Assembly: GCA_963705705.1 (NCBI GenBank)
Contig: CAVPKK010000005.1
Coordinates: forward strand, 96,001 to 160,000
Direction of reading: 5' to 3'
DNA: 64,000 bases
Origin: an uncultured bacterium
GTDB lineage: Bacteria; Babelota; Babeliae; Babelales; JABCYS01
Position numbers and translations under genes: made by a program. The first letter of the stretch is position 1. Every line of letters begins with the position of its first letter. The notes beneath the pieces were generated by a model. The model was given only the letters and a program-made list of their open reading frames with translations. It ran no database searches and was not told where the DNA came from. Shown here one piece after another: positions 1 through 9,942 of this stretch.

Positions 1-22
1 TCAGTTTTACTTTTTTTGCCAT
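1..22 (-). CDS. 5' end of a gene running off the window (MAKKVKL...), possibly ribosomal protein S18
   Basis: ATG at 22-20, 3 nt after the rpsF stop; rpsR commonly follows rpsF; only 7 codons visible. Confidence 0.3.
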
Positions 23-25
23 GGG

Positions 26-565
26 TTACGCCTCCGCTGGTGGGGTTGCAGCCGCTGCTACGCCGGCGCTTTCGCGTCCAAATCGTTCGGTGGCTGTACT
101 GATGTCTGAAGTTTCTGAATGCTCTTCGTCGTCATCCTCAACCCGGAGGTTTGGTCTGCCGCCACGAAGAGAGTCCATTTTGTTTTCTTTAAGGAAGGTA
201 TCAACATCGCGAACCGGTGTATCTTCCAGGGAGTCTGGACGATGGTAGGCGAGGGACTTTTTAGGGCCCAGGATAGTTGTGATAGTACGCATGATTGCAT
301 CACCAAACTTGATCGTAAACAGGGTGTTGAGCACTTTAAGCAACTCAGCTTTCTGGGCTTCGTCAATCTCAAAACGGATGAGGCAGTAGATACCGTAATC
401 GTTTTTGCGAACTGGATAGGCAAGTCGAAACTTACCCCAGCGTTCGAATGAAACAAGTGAGCCTTTGGCCTCTTGAATGGTTTTGGATATTGCCTTTTCA
501 ATCTGCCCAAATTCATCGTTTGTTACATCAGGTGCGGAAAGAATAAGCGTTTCGTAACGCGACAT
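26..565 (-). CDS. rpsF: 30S ribosomal protein S6 with acidic/low-complexity C-terminal extension
   Basis: MSRYETLIL...ERWGKFRLAYPVRK..GIYCLIRF S6 signature; AGGAG RBS. Confidence 0.95.
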   Translation of the reverse strand: MSRYETLILSAPDVTNDEFGQIEKAISKTIQEAKGSLVSFERWGKFRLAYPVRKNDYGIYCLIRFEIDEAQKAELLKVLNTLFTIKFGDAIMRTITTILGPKKSLAYHRPDSLEDTPVRDVDTFLKENKMDSLRGGRPNLRVEDDDEEHSETSDISTATERFGRESAGVAAAATPPAEA

Positions 566-573
566 ATGACTCC

Positions 574-636
574 TAGACTACATGGAAGTGTTATATATAC
601 ACTGGTCAACAACCCATTGCTGCTGACCTTAGTCTA
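574..636 (-). promoter_or_regulatory. Structured rpsF leader, candidate S6:S18 autoregulatory RNA
   Basis: On the minus strand a TAGACTA/TAGTCTA stem abuts the AGGAG SD and encloses hairpins GGTCAGCAGC/GTTGTTGACC and AGTGT/ACACT plus an unpaired TCCA. Confidence 0.55.
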
Positions 637-781
637 CTTGGCCTGGCCTTTGATCTTTTTTGCTCGGCAAAAATTATTTAGGGCGGGCGGATTAGTAGGG
701 ATAGGGGATTATAGCAGGAAAAAGGGTTTATCCAAAGGGGATTACGCCTTTTGGCCTCACCCGTTAGCTAGAGCCCAAAAT

Positions 782-3190
782 TTAATCTTCCTTGGGGTCG
801 ATAGAAGGACGAGCTTCTTCCTTGATCTTGGTGCTTTCCTCGCCATTATTATGGATTTCTGATCGAACATCAGCATCTGTTCCATCAGGTTCATCAGCAG
901 AGGAGTCATTGCGTGCAATTGATTCAAGCATCGCTTTATGGGCAGTCTCTTGCTCTTTATATTGTTGACCTGAATCTATTGGTTTACCCCACTCTGCCAG
1001 ATACTTGGCGTATATATCAGCTTTTATTACTAATTCCTTCGCTGCAGGATATATAATCACTAAACCTTGAGCGGCGTTTCTTATTTTTTGAACGGCCGCT
1101 TCAAGCCCATCGGAACGCCAAGCACTTATGTGTTTAAAATATTTTTTTGCCATCATAAAATGCTTTTGGGCTTCAGCCTGTTGATTAAGAGAGGCAAATT
1201 CTTGAGCAAGCTCGATATTTACTTCAATAGCAGTTGTTATAAAATCATTTAAATCCTCAACATCAAAAGCCCCATCAAAGTAATCTTCATATAGCTCAAG
1301 CATTTCTGTAAATGTTGCGTCAGCATTTTTTAAATGATTTATGCGATTTATTGGATTTGCTCTTGCGAGATTTTTGTGACATTTAGCGGCAGAATAAAGC
1401 TTTTTGTATAGATCTGATCTCTTCTCTGCCATTGGTTCGCTCATTGTTATTTCTCGGATATGCTTAATCTGTGGAACAATATATTCTAATGCTTGTTGCA
1501 GCCATAGAACGGTGCGAGCATCAAAAAATTGCGTCTGCGCAGCCTCCATAAATTGGGAAGCAATTTGGGAATACGCTTTCATGAAATGCCATTCGCTAAT
1601 TTTTGAAAATTCTTCGGCTAAATAGATTAAGTGCACGCATATTGCATCTTTGCTTGCCGGATTTATTAATTGGATATAGGCCTTAATGCGCCGGTTCATG
1701 AATTCTCGGAATATTTTTCTTGTTGCATCGATCTTTTCATATGCATTACTCTTGGATATGCCGGTTATTAATTTCCCTTGTGCAGCCAACTTGAATCTGT
1801 TTATTATATTTTTAAACAATTCTATACAAAGTTTGTCATGCTCAAATGTTTCAGTCGTAAGCCGTGCATCTGCCGCAAAAAGTGGTGAGTTAAGGTTAAT
1901 TTGAAGCTGCTGTGCGAATGTGATTGCAATTGTTTCTATATCTGAATAGGATAAATAAGGCCTTTGATTGATATATTGCTGCTCAGTAATTGTATATATA
2001 TCTGCTAAGCGAGACACTACGGCCTCCTTGAGTTGACTATCTTGAACAAATCGACGTTTATCGTTTCCGGAATCAGTAAGCCAGGCAATGGCGTTATCAT
2101 TTTCTCTACGGAGATCCAACATCGGTACTGGAAATCTAAAAAGGTTGTTATCTGTGAAGCCTATAACCCGCAGAATACTAATAGCGGCTGCATATGGTTG
2201 AAAATTGTGAACTAATGGTAATAGGCTTTCGAGCAATTCGGCATATTCTTTATTTATTTTATCAAGATCTGCTTTTTCAGTAGAAAATTCAAACGCATTT
2301 TGCCTTACGAGCTCAGTCTGTCTTGCTTCAAGGGTAACCTTTTGCGCATGTAATTTTGCTAAGTTAGCTCTGCGGCTTTTTAGTTTTGCGTTCTCGATAT
2401 AGCGGAGCGTGCCTAGATCCCAGTTCTCTATGAAGAATCGATCATTTTCAGAAACATCATGAAAATAAGTAGAAAAAATCGCGCGAAGCGCATTAATGGG
2501 ATTTGAATATCGTTGGCACAAGGCAACTATTCTGCCAATTGCGACATTGAACGGCTCGCCTTTGCTCAGAATGGCTTTCACCTTTTCTGTCCAGATTTGA
2601 CCTACAGAAACTTTGACTGTCTTGCCATTTTCCTGTTTGGTTATTGGACGTATTGATAAAGGAAGCTTTTTTGCTTGCACATTAAAAATCTTATTTACGC
2701 GTGTAATTCTACAGAGATCGAGATAATTCAGATTTTGGAGTAGATCAAAAACCCATTCTTTACAGTGAAAATATTGATCTTGAGCCTTCCATAAAGTCGG
2801 ATTTGATGTTCCTTTTATTGCGGGCATTGCTGAATTACTAGAGTTTGGCTGCATTCCTAGGCTAAGGGTGTTATGACCCTTTTCTTCAGCTGCATTTTTG
2901 TCCGCTTGAGCAATCCTTGCGGCTAAAATCCTGTCGGCCGCAGTAAGCTTTCTGCGTTTATTACGTTCTAGGCTGGAACCTTGTTGGCTGTTGGGGACTG
3001 AAAGTCTTTGGGCAAGACTATTGCTTTCATCCTGCATATCTTCTACACCACACATCGCACGCGGATCGGATAAACTTAAAATAACAGGAATCGGGTTGCT
3101 ATTGTTGGTGTTGGGATCCATTCCCAGAATTGGCAAAGCAATGGCGAGATAAGCAATAAAAATCGTTAGCTTTTTTAGATTAGTAATCAT
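782..3190 (-). CDS. Secreted protein with basic patch, F-box-like motif and helical/TPR-like C-terminus (array member 1)
   Basis: GGAGG RBS before ATG 3190; signal peptide MITNLKKLTIFIAYLAIALPILG; RNKRRKL; KEWVFDLLQNLNYLDLCRITRVNKIFN. Confidence 0.75.
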   Translation of the reverse strand: MITNLKKLTIFIAYLAIALPILGMDPNTNNSNPIPVILSLSDPRAMCGVEDMQDESNSLAQRLSVPNSQQGSSLERNKRRKLTAADRILAARIAQADKNAAEEKGHNTLSLGMQPNSSNSAMPAIKGTSNPTLWKAQDQYFHCKEWVFDLLQNLNYLDLCRITRVNKIFNVQAKKLPLSIRPITKQENGKTVKVSVGQIWTEKVKAILSKGEPFNVAIGRIVALCQRYSNPINALRAIFSTYFHDVSENDRFFIENWDLGTLRYIENAKLKSRRANLAKLHAQKVTLEARQTELVRQNAFEFSTEKADLDKINKEYAELLESLLPLVHNFQPYAAAISILRVIGFTDNNLFRFPVPMLDLRRENDNAIAWLTDSGNDKRRFVQDSQLKEAVVSRLADIYTITEQQYINQRPYLSYSDIETIAITFAQQLQINLNSPLFAADARLTTETFEHDKLCIELFKNIINRFKLAAQGKLITGISKSNAYEKIDATRKIFREFMNRRIKAYIQLINPASKDAICVHLIYLAEEFSKISEWHFMKAYSQIASQFMEAAQTQFFDARTVLWLQQALEYIVPQIKHIREITMSEPMAEKRSDLYKKLYSAAKCHKNLARANPINRINHLKNADATFTEMLELYEDYFDGAFDVEDLNDFITTAIEVNIELAQEFASLNQQAEAQKHFMMAKKYFKHISAWRSDGLEAAVQKIRNAAQGLVIIYPAAKELVIKADIYAKYLAEWGKPIDSGQQYKEQETAHKAMLESIARNDSSADEPDGTDADVRSEIHNNGEESTKIKEEARPSIDPKED

Positions 3191-3250
3191 TATTTTCCTC
3201 CATTTGAACATCATTTAGTATCCGGAATTGCCTTTTCGCTGTCAAAAGCC

Positions 3251-5036
3251 CTAATCCAACTCATCTTCAGAAATTGTAGCTGCCGAAGGCATTGATTGGC
3301 CCTTGAACGTAGGAGATCCATGATTTGGGTGCGGGAGGCTATTAGAGCTGAACGTTTCAACATGTTCATGGTTAAGAGACATTCGATCATCTATAACAGG
3401 AAGTATGGCATTCAGATCTCTAGGAGGCCATGGGACCCGTAACGGCGAAGATGAGATTGCCGGAAGGCTAGGTAGGCTGCTGCTAGATGACTTTATCTCG
3501 TCATGTTCCAACTCTTCTTGGTGAGCATCTAGGGAAGATTTCCCCTCATCTGTTTCTGTCTTTAAAAGTGTCTCATCAAAGGCTATTTTCTGTTCCATGG
3601 CCACAACACAATCTGCGGTCATTGTTTTCAGCAGCGCTACTAAAGCGCGTGTTGTTGCATTCTTCGCAGGCGCATATTTGTTGCGCAATAATATGGCCAA
3701 AGGCAAGATTCTTTTGAGTTTTTCGGCATGAGTTTCTCTGATGAATGCCGATGCACGCCATATGTAATCGAGAGCTGAAGTAAGATTTTGATTCTTATTT
3801 TTTTTATTATCATAATCAAATGCGAGCTGCATTTCTGCAAGAGCTGCAGCATAAAAATCAGCTATGCCCATAGCACCAGGAATTGTTCTTAGTTGTTCAA
3901 AGTATTTAGTTGCCCGTTTCTTTTTGATACGCTCTGTGTGCATTAAATCGCCGGATAGTAATGCGGCATTATGCAAATCGTCTATTGAGAGATTCCCTTT
4001 TTCTTTATCAATAACAATGGCCGCACATCGAGTTGCCCATTTGATGTAGGTTTTTACTCCTACATCAACTCTGTCAGGTATAAATTCCTTCCAGATCGCT
4101 ATGGCAGCAGCCACTTTTCGGCAGGGTTCTAGATCTTCGTTTACCAGGATTTTAGGCGAAGAGCGTTTCCAGCCATTATTCGGTAATTCCAATGCTTGGT
4201 GTATGAGCTTCGGGATACAAAGGATGAAATGATAAGGGGGATTATTATCTTTTCTGAGCCGCTCTGATACTGCTGAAAGCTTATCTATTGCCGATTGTTT
4301 TTTAAAATGGCTATTAGCTTGCGCAATCTGATTGAGACAATGTTTATGTATTAGCTCTCAGCTTTACGACAGATGTCTATATTTTGTGTGCCTAAAAGGG
4401 CATACATTCTTGATACCGCATCTGGTGAAAATCCACTTTGGGCGAGGAGGGATGCCTTTTGGATAATATCCTTCATTTGATCTGGCTCTATACGGGCGAT
4501 AATCGGACTCCAGCCAATTATCGTGCTTGCAAGTCTTTCGATATCTTCTGGCGATGAAAAATTTGTTTGGTCGAACGCTTGTTCAAGAACTAATGGAAAA
4601 TGAGTCATAATGATACTGATATAAGCAGGCATTACTTCTTTATACAGCATCAGCCGATTTATGGCGCTGAGAGATTCATATCTATCAAATGGCAAGCGCT
4701 GTCTAATTTTCCGCCGCATAAGAAGCTCAAAATCTAGTTCATTCTCTTTTGTGAATTGAAGTTTTGGCGGCGTACTTTGTGCCCGTGGTACTATTGAATG
4801 ATTGGCTAGATGCTCAAGAGGTACAGAGAAACCAAACGTTGTCGCTTTGTATGTTCTCTTTTTTCTTGTTCATCAAAATCAACAATTGCTTGGGCAATGG
4901 TATAGGCTGTTTGCCGAATTGCGGTTTGCTGTTCTTTGCGCAACTGACTTTGTGATGAAGGTGTTGCGGGCGTGCATAGAATTGATGTCGTTGTGATTAA
5001 GGCTGTAAGAATAGATGCTATTTTTATCTGTTGCAT
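3251..5036 (-). pseudogene. Array member 2, a single ~595-codon gene split by two -1 frameshifts (ORFs 4806-5057, 4351-4719, 3251-4192)
   Basis: Signal peptide in the first piece; the frame of the second piece is open from ~4870 (KRTYKATTFGFSVPLEHL..FELLMRRK); the frame of the third is open from ~4358 (ELIHKHCLNQ..HQALELP); C-terminus resembles the other array members. Confidence 0.75.
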
Positions 5037-5081
5037 GGTATTTTTCTGGTTATGCAAATTCTAAGATAATGCCTAATAAAT

Positions 5082-5717
5082 TTATTTGGCTGCTGTCATT
5101 TTCTCATCACTATCTTCATCATGTTCATCACTTTCTTCGCCATCTTTTGGTGAGGATAGGGGGTACGATGGAAATTCGAAGCCTGTCTTATTATTGCTCG
5201 GCGGCGGACTTTTGAGTCCCGCTAAAACTTGATCGCTAGATGGAGGCACTTCAACTGAAGCAGATTGTGCTATCGGCGAGGGCAAATCCGGGATCAGAGC
5301 ACTGAAAGACTCGTTTGAAGTCAGATTTTTTAACGCAGGTTTTGGCAGCGCTAATTGCTGTTGGACTGGAGGTAACCATGGGATAGGTTCCCGCGGGATA
5401 AGCTCCATTCCTGAGATATGTACGTTTCGTTTATCCGTTTTCCTGTTGGCGTCTACAATTGCTTGGACATATCGATCTTTGGTCTGTCGGAGAATGGCTT
5501 GTCCACTGCAATATGCGATTGCATCCCAATGGGCTTGAGCAGCTAGCATGAGTTGATGTGTCATTAAATTTGCATGAAACAATTTCACAAATTTTCGTGT
5601 CTCAGGACGAATTGGGTCTGGGCTTGAACTGCTTGATGAGGGTGATGATGTTGCAGTACTGGCCAATGGAATACAGGCAAGAACAGCAATCACAACTAAT
5701 TTTGCGAACTTAATCAT
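5082..5717 (-). CDS. Secreted Ser/Pro-rich hypothetical protein (within the array)
   Basis: GGAG RBS, signal peptide MIKFAKLVVIAVLACIPLAS, poly-Ser, acidic tail. Confidence 0.75.
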   Translation of the reverse strand: MIKFAKLVVIAVLACIPLASTATSSPSSSSSSPDPIRPETRKFVKLFHANLMTHQLMLAAQAHWDAIAYCSGQAILRQTKDRYVQAIVDANRKTDKRNVHISGMELIPREPIPWLPPVQQQLALPKPALKNLTSNESFSALIPDLPSPIAQSASVEVPPSSDQVLAGLKSPPPSNNKTGFEFPSYPLSSPKDGEESDEHDEDSDEKMTAAK

Positions 5718-5733
5718 AGATATCTCCATTCAT

Positions 5734-7983
5734 TTACATTTTCTTATGATTAGACTTTCTAATAGCACTGTAGTAATTCCAACTTCTAATCAGAGAGCTT
5801 GGGTTGGTCGCGCTGCTGCTACTACTCTGCGATGCTTGCTGAGTAGCTGCAAATTCGATTTCGGCGATCCTTCTTCTTACTACTTTGAGATATTCTGCCG
5901 TATAGTCTGCCACCGGTTTAGCGGCTGGATATTCAGCAGCTATTGCTTTCGCCGCATTACGCATTTCTTTAGCAGCGCTTTCATTGAGCATCACATATTT
6001 GTCATCAAATAATAATCTGGCATCACCGAGAGCATCGATCGTATCTTTGCAATATTTTATTGCTTCAGCGGAATTTATTTTGTGGGCTTCGATATCTGAT
6101 TCTTCGATCTCAGCTGCAGCTTCAAAATGCATCCGAGCTAAAGTAAGCCGTATGTCAGCTAAGAGTTCATAACTATGGATCTGTTGAAACTCTCTGGTTT
6201 CGGCAAATTGCGTCAGATATTGTTCGGCCTTGGTAAGGTTAGTCAATTGATCATGCGATACAGCCAAAAGTTTATAATACTGCGAAAGGCGCTGTAGTAG
6301 ATCAAGAAATGGTTCGTGTCGTTTTTTTAATTCTGCTAAAGCCTTTTCTCCATAGAGAATAGCGCGACGGAGGAGGGTAACTTTCTGAGGATTGTTGCTG
6401 ATATCTTGAACTGGTATTTCTGCAATGGATTGATAAAGGTCTAGCGCTCTGCAGCCACCATTAAGACCTTCCGTTACTATCTCTTCTGGCCGTGCAGCAA
6501 CCAAAGGTCTAATTGCTGGATCCAAGCTTTCCTTATCGCAGGTATTATAAATTTTGTAACGATCGGCCAAAAAAGTTGAAAAGGCATTCTGTGCTTTGCG
6601 ATGCACTGCTGAAAGTTCTTGATTGCAACCACGTACAAGTAAGGAGCGGAAAAGATCGCGTATCCGTCTACTATAGCGCTTTATAAGCAGCTTTTCATGT
6701 TCAATTGTTTGCGCTGTAATTGGTGCCCCCAAGCCCATAAATGGAGAGGATGTTGTATCAGCTCTCATATCATGGATCCAATCCGTGTGAGGCCAATTTT
6801 GAATTTGAGCCAGATCTTTTTCCAAAGCTCTTTTATCATTTTTAGTAATCGTTGAGTACGGCGAATTTAACAGGGCAGATAACGATGAATACATGGTTGG
6901 CATTCGGTTTTCAAATGCTTCATCTAGAGTAAGGCGCAAAACAAAGTCTTGCGCTTGCAACTCCGTGCTTTTATCATTGTGCATTAGCCATTGAATGATG
7001 AGATCGGGTGATGCAGTATCAACTAATTTAAATAGATCTTGATCGGAGCCTACCAGGCAAAGAATTTTTTCAGCAAGCGCATACGGCTGCATCATTGTGA
7101 CGCAGTCCATAAGATGAGTTACTAGCTCTGTATATCTATTATTTAGTTGCTCAAGTTCTGTACTGATTCTGGAATATTCAGAAGCATGCGGTCGTATTAC
7201 AAACTCCGCCTTTTCCTTCTCAAGTTTAATCTTTTGCGCATACAGTATCGCGAGTTCTTCGCGTTCTTTTTCCAGCTCTTTATTGACCCGTATTGGAGAG
7301 CGTGAAGCTCTATCCCAAAAACGTTTTGTAGAAGGGATATCAGTAAAATAGTCCCGTAGAACTGTTCTCAATACTTCAAACGGATTTTGACATCTGGTAA
7401 CTAATGCAGCTATTTCGTTCACGCCTTGTTCAAATGTTTTAGCTTTACTAAATATTTTGTGCACGAGAATAGCCCATTGTTGGCCAACTGATTGTGTTTT
7501 GCCTAATGTTAGAGAATCACCGGGTAATAATTTTGGTGCGGTAGGCAGCAATAGTTGCGACACGAGTCCATACCATCCTTTTGATACGCGCAATACTTTG
7601 CACAAGAATTGATAATCGCCGTTTTCGAGCAATTTTAAGATCATGTCTTTGTTATCACGAAATTGCTTGCGACCAGATATGATTCTCTTAATAGGTGGTG
7701 ATGAAGATGATGACCATTTATCGTGCCGTGAAGGGCTGCAAGTCGGCGGCTGCGGAGCCATCGAAAGTCTTAATGTCTTATGCTGCTCCTGCTCTATTTC
7801 TTCCGTTTCCATTGCGAATGCAAGTCGAGCGTTTGCTGCTATCTGCCGCTTGCGGCTTGCTCGAACAGCAGCAGGACGATTATGCATAGAGGAGGAAGAA
7901 GGACTACTCGATGAACCATTAAGATCCAAAGAAGTTATTTGAAGAAGAAAGATAAGGGCAATTGCATTAGTTCGAAAGACCAT
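5734..7983 (-). CDS. Secreted protein with basic patch, F-box-like motif and TPR-like C-terminus (array member)
   Basis: Signal peptide MVFRTNAIALIFLLQ; RASRKRQ; KDMILKLLENGDYQFLCKVLRVSKGWY; shares RFW, LAxLxAxKxxLE and QPYALA motifs with its neighbours. Confidence 0.75.
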   Translation of the reverse strand: MVFRTNAIALIFLLQITSLDLNGSSSSPSSSSMHNRPAAVRASRKRQIAANARLAFAMETEEIEQEQHKTLRLSMAPQPPTCSPSRHDKWSSSSSPPIKRIISGRKQFRDNKDMILKLLENGDYQFLCKVLRVSKGWYGLVSQLLLPTAPKLLPGDSLTLGKTQSVGQQWAILVHKIFSKAKTFEQGVNEIAALVTRCQNPFEVLRTVLRDYFTDIPSTKRFWDRASRSPIRVNKELEKEREELAILYAQKIKLEKEKAEFVIRPHASEYSRISTELEQLNNRYTELVTHLMDCVTMMQPYALAEKILCLVGSDQDLFKLVDTASPDLIIQWLMHNDKSTELQAQDFVLRLTLDEAFENRMPTMYSSLSALLNSPYSTITKNDKRALEKDLAQIQNWPHTDWIHDMRADTTSSPFMGLGAPITAQTIEHEKLLIKRYSRRIRDLFRSLLVRGCNQELSAVHRKAQNAFSTFLADRYKIYNTCDKESLDPAIRPLVAARPEEIVTEGLNGGCRALDLYQSIAEIPVQDISNNPQKVTLLRRAILYGEKALAELKKRHEPFLDLLQRLSQYYKLLAVSHDQLTNLTKAEQYLTQFAETREFQQIHSYELLADIRLTLARMHFEAAAEIEESDIEAHKINSAEAIKYCKDTIDALGDARLLFDDKYVMLNESAAKEMRNAAKAIAAEYPAAKPVADYTAEYLKVVRRRIAEIEFAATQQASQSSSSSATNPSSLIRSWNYYSAIRKSNHKKM

Positions 7984-9925
7984 TCTTTTTTTCTTCCATT
8001 TCATTGCCAATTTTTAAAGAATTGGGCACAAGACGCAATGATGGTTCGTCAATTTCGCGTTCAATAGCTACTAGGTATTCGTTTAATTTTTGTACAAATC
8101 CAGCCATCACTGTATGACTTGCTGGTACTTCATCAGTCAGTTCTGCAATATCGATGATCATCGCTTGTATACGCGAAGCAATGTTTTCTAAATCTTCCAT
8201 TGGTGTGGTAGCGATTAATTCTATTGCTATATCTAGAGCTTTGCAGCCACATTGCAGAGTTTGATCGGCCTCATGCCGATTTCCCGCTAAGAAATACTCC
8301 CATGTCATATCTTTGAAAGCATCAGCTGCAATGTTAGCATGATATATGGTTACATAGTGTCCAAATTCATTCATTAATCGCTGAAAGTAAAATCCTGCCT
8401 TTTTAATCTTTTCGATATGACGTGTATATGCATAGGAATAGTAATTAATAACAGCTGCGCTTATTAAATCCTCAGGATCTAATTCATCACCAGCTTCAGC
8501 AAGCGTGACCGATGTTTCGGCAAAACCTATCGCAGTTTCCATATGCTTAAGTATATTTTTTTGTGCGCTTTGTTCATGTGGAATATAACAATGCCACTCT
8601 CGTGCAGAGTGTGCCACATCGCGATATGCTGTAAGCATATCTTTGTCTTCATCTTCGGCGTCTATTATTTGTTTAATTAATTTTACACCGCAAGAAAGAA
8701 TTAGATCTTTGAGCTGTGGGCTACTTGTCTTTGTTAATTCATACGTGAGTATGCGCAGCTTGAATGCTGCGGTATCTACTTCTGGATCGACAGGGTATAA
8801 GGCCTGAGCTAACTTCGTTGGAAATAATGTTTCAATTCTTTTCTTTGCAGCTTTTTTAAGAGCTTGTGCCAAGATTGCATCTTTTCCGGTGCTGGATTGG
8901 GAAAGCTGTCGGCTTAAACAACAATGAATTGTAGGCATACGCGAGATAATAGCGTTGTCGAGTTCCGCATTATTGTTATTTGATCTATGCAGACCGAGTA
9001 ACCAGTTGGCAGTGCCATTTTCGAAATCTTGCGGATCGAGAATAGGTAAATTAAAAGCTTTATTGAGGATAAACAGTTCATCAGGCAAAGAATCAGTGAG
9101 CAACCAATGGCGGGCAGTTCTTTGATCTATTCCCGCAGCTCCTAGATTGATCATACCGAGCATATTTCCGCAAATACCCAGATGCATTTTTGCTGCTAGC
9201 GCATATGGCTGCAATTCTCGCATGCATTCAACCAATGGCTTTAGAGCATCAGCATACTGTATATTAATGGTGGCAAGAGCAAGAGTATCGGCGGATATTC
9301 CTGGAGCCTGCTGCTTCTTTATTTTTTGTTCAAGTTCAGTTTTTTTAGCACGTAGTTTAGCTAAAGCCTCAATTTCTTGTCGTTTAAGCATTGTTAATTT
9401 ATTAGTCTTCGGTTCCCAATCCCAAAAACGCTTTTCCATTGGAACAGCGTTGAAATAATTTAGTGCTATTACTTCTAACGCAGCGGCTGGGTTTTCGCTG
9501 CGGCAACACATGGTTGTCACTTTATTAATAATAGAGCTTATCGTTTCACGATTTTTATTCCCAAACAAATTTCTGACATTTGACACCCAAGATTGTCCTG
9601 TTGGCATTTTGGCTTGCTGTGCATAGTGGTGAAACCACTTGGAAATGGATGATATTCTGCTTAATTCAATAAAATCCAAACCTTCTAAGGCCTCTTGGAT
9701 CATGTATTTTTGGTTCCAAAAATGCGGAGCATTCGCGCTCAAAGCAGCAGAAGGCACAAATCTTTTTGGCTCTTGGGCTGTTTGCTGCGCTGCAGCCATT
9801 GAAGCAACCGATGCGCGCTTTGAACTATGGCTGACGCTCGAGCTAGTTTCACTCGAAGCATTAATAAAGCATGTTCCCATAAGGAGCATGCTGAAAATGA
9901 TTATTTTTGTTTTTTGTTTATTCAT
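7967..9925 (-). CDS. Secreted protein with F-box-like motif and TPR-like C-terminus (array member)
   Basis: Signal peptide MNKQKTKIIIFSMLLMGTCFINAS; KYMIQEALEGLDFIELSRISSISKWFH; QPYALA motif. Confidence 0.75.
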   Translation of the reverse strand: MNKQKTKIIIFSMLLMGTCFINASSETSSSVSHSSKRASVASMAAAQQTAQEPKRFVPSAALSANAPHFWNQKYMIQEALEGLDFIELSRISSISKWFHHYAQQAKMPTGQSWVSNVRNLFGNKNRETISSIINKVTTMCCRSENPAAALEVIALNYFNAVPMEKRFWDWEPKTNKLTMLKRQEIEALAKLRAKKTELEQKIKKQQAPGISADTLALATINIQYADALKPLVECMRELQPYALAAKMHLGICGNMLGMINLGAAGIDQRTARHWLLTDSLPDELFILNKAFNLPILDPQDFENGTANWLLGLHRSNNNNAELDNAIISRMPTIHCCLSRQLSQSSTGKDAILAQALKKAAKKRIETLFPTKLAQALYPVDPEVDTAAFKLRILTYELTKTSSPQLKDLILSCGVKLIKQIIDAEDEDKDMLTAYRDVAHSAREWHCYIPHEQSAQKNILKHMETAIGFAETSVTLAEAGDELDPEDLISAAVINYYSYAYTRHIEKIKKAGFYFQRLMNEFGHYVTIYHANIAADAFKDMTWEYFLAGNRHEADQTLQCGCKALDIAIELIATTPMEDLENIASRIQAMIIDIAELTDEVPASHTVMAGFVQKLNEYLVAIEREIDEPSLRLVPNSLKIGNEMEEKKNGLSN

Positions 9926-9942
9926 GATGTTGGTTCAGTCTA

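Noticed and set aside
4859..4865. Programmed -1 frameshift at A-AAA-AAG
   Set aside because: The heptamer is not in phase with the upstream reading frame, and a second break exists with no slippery site
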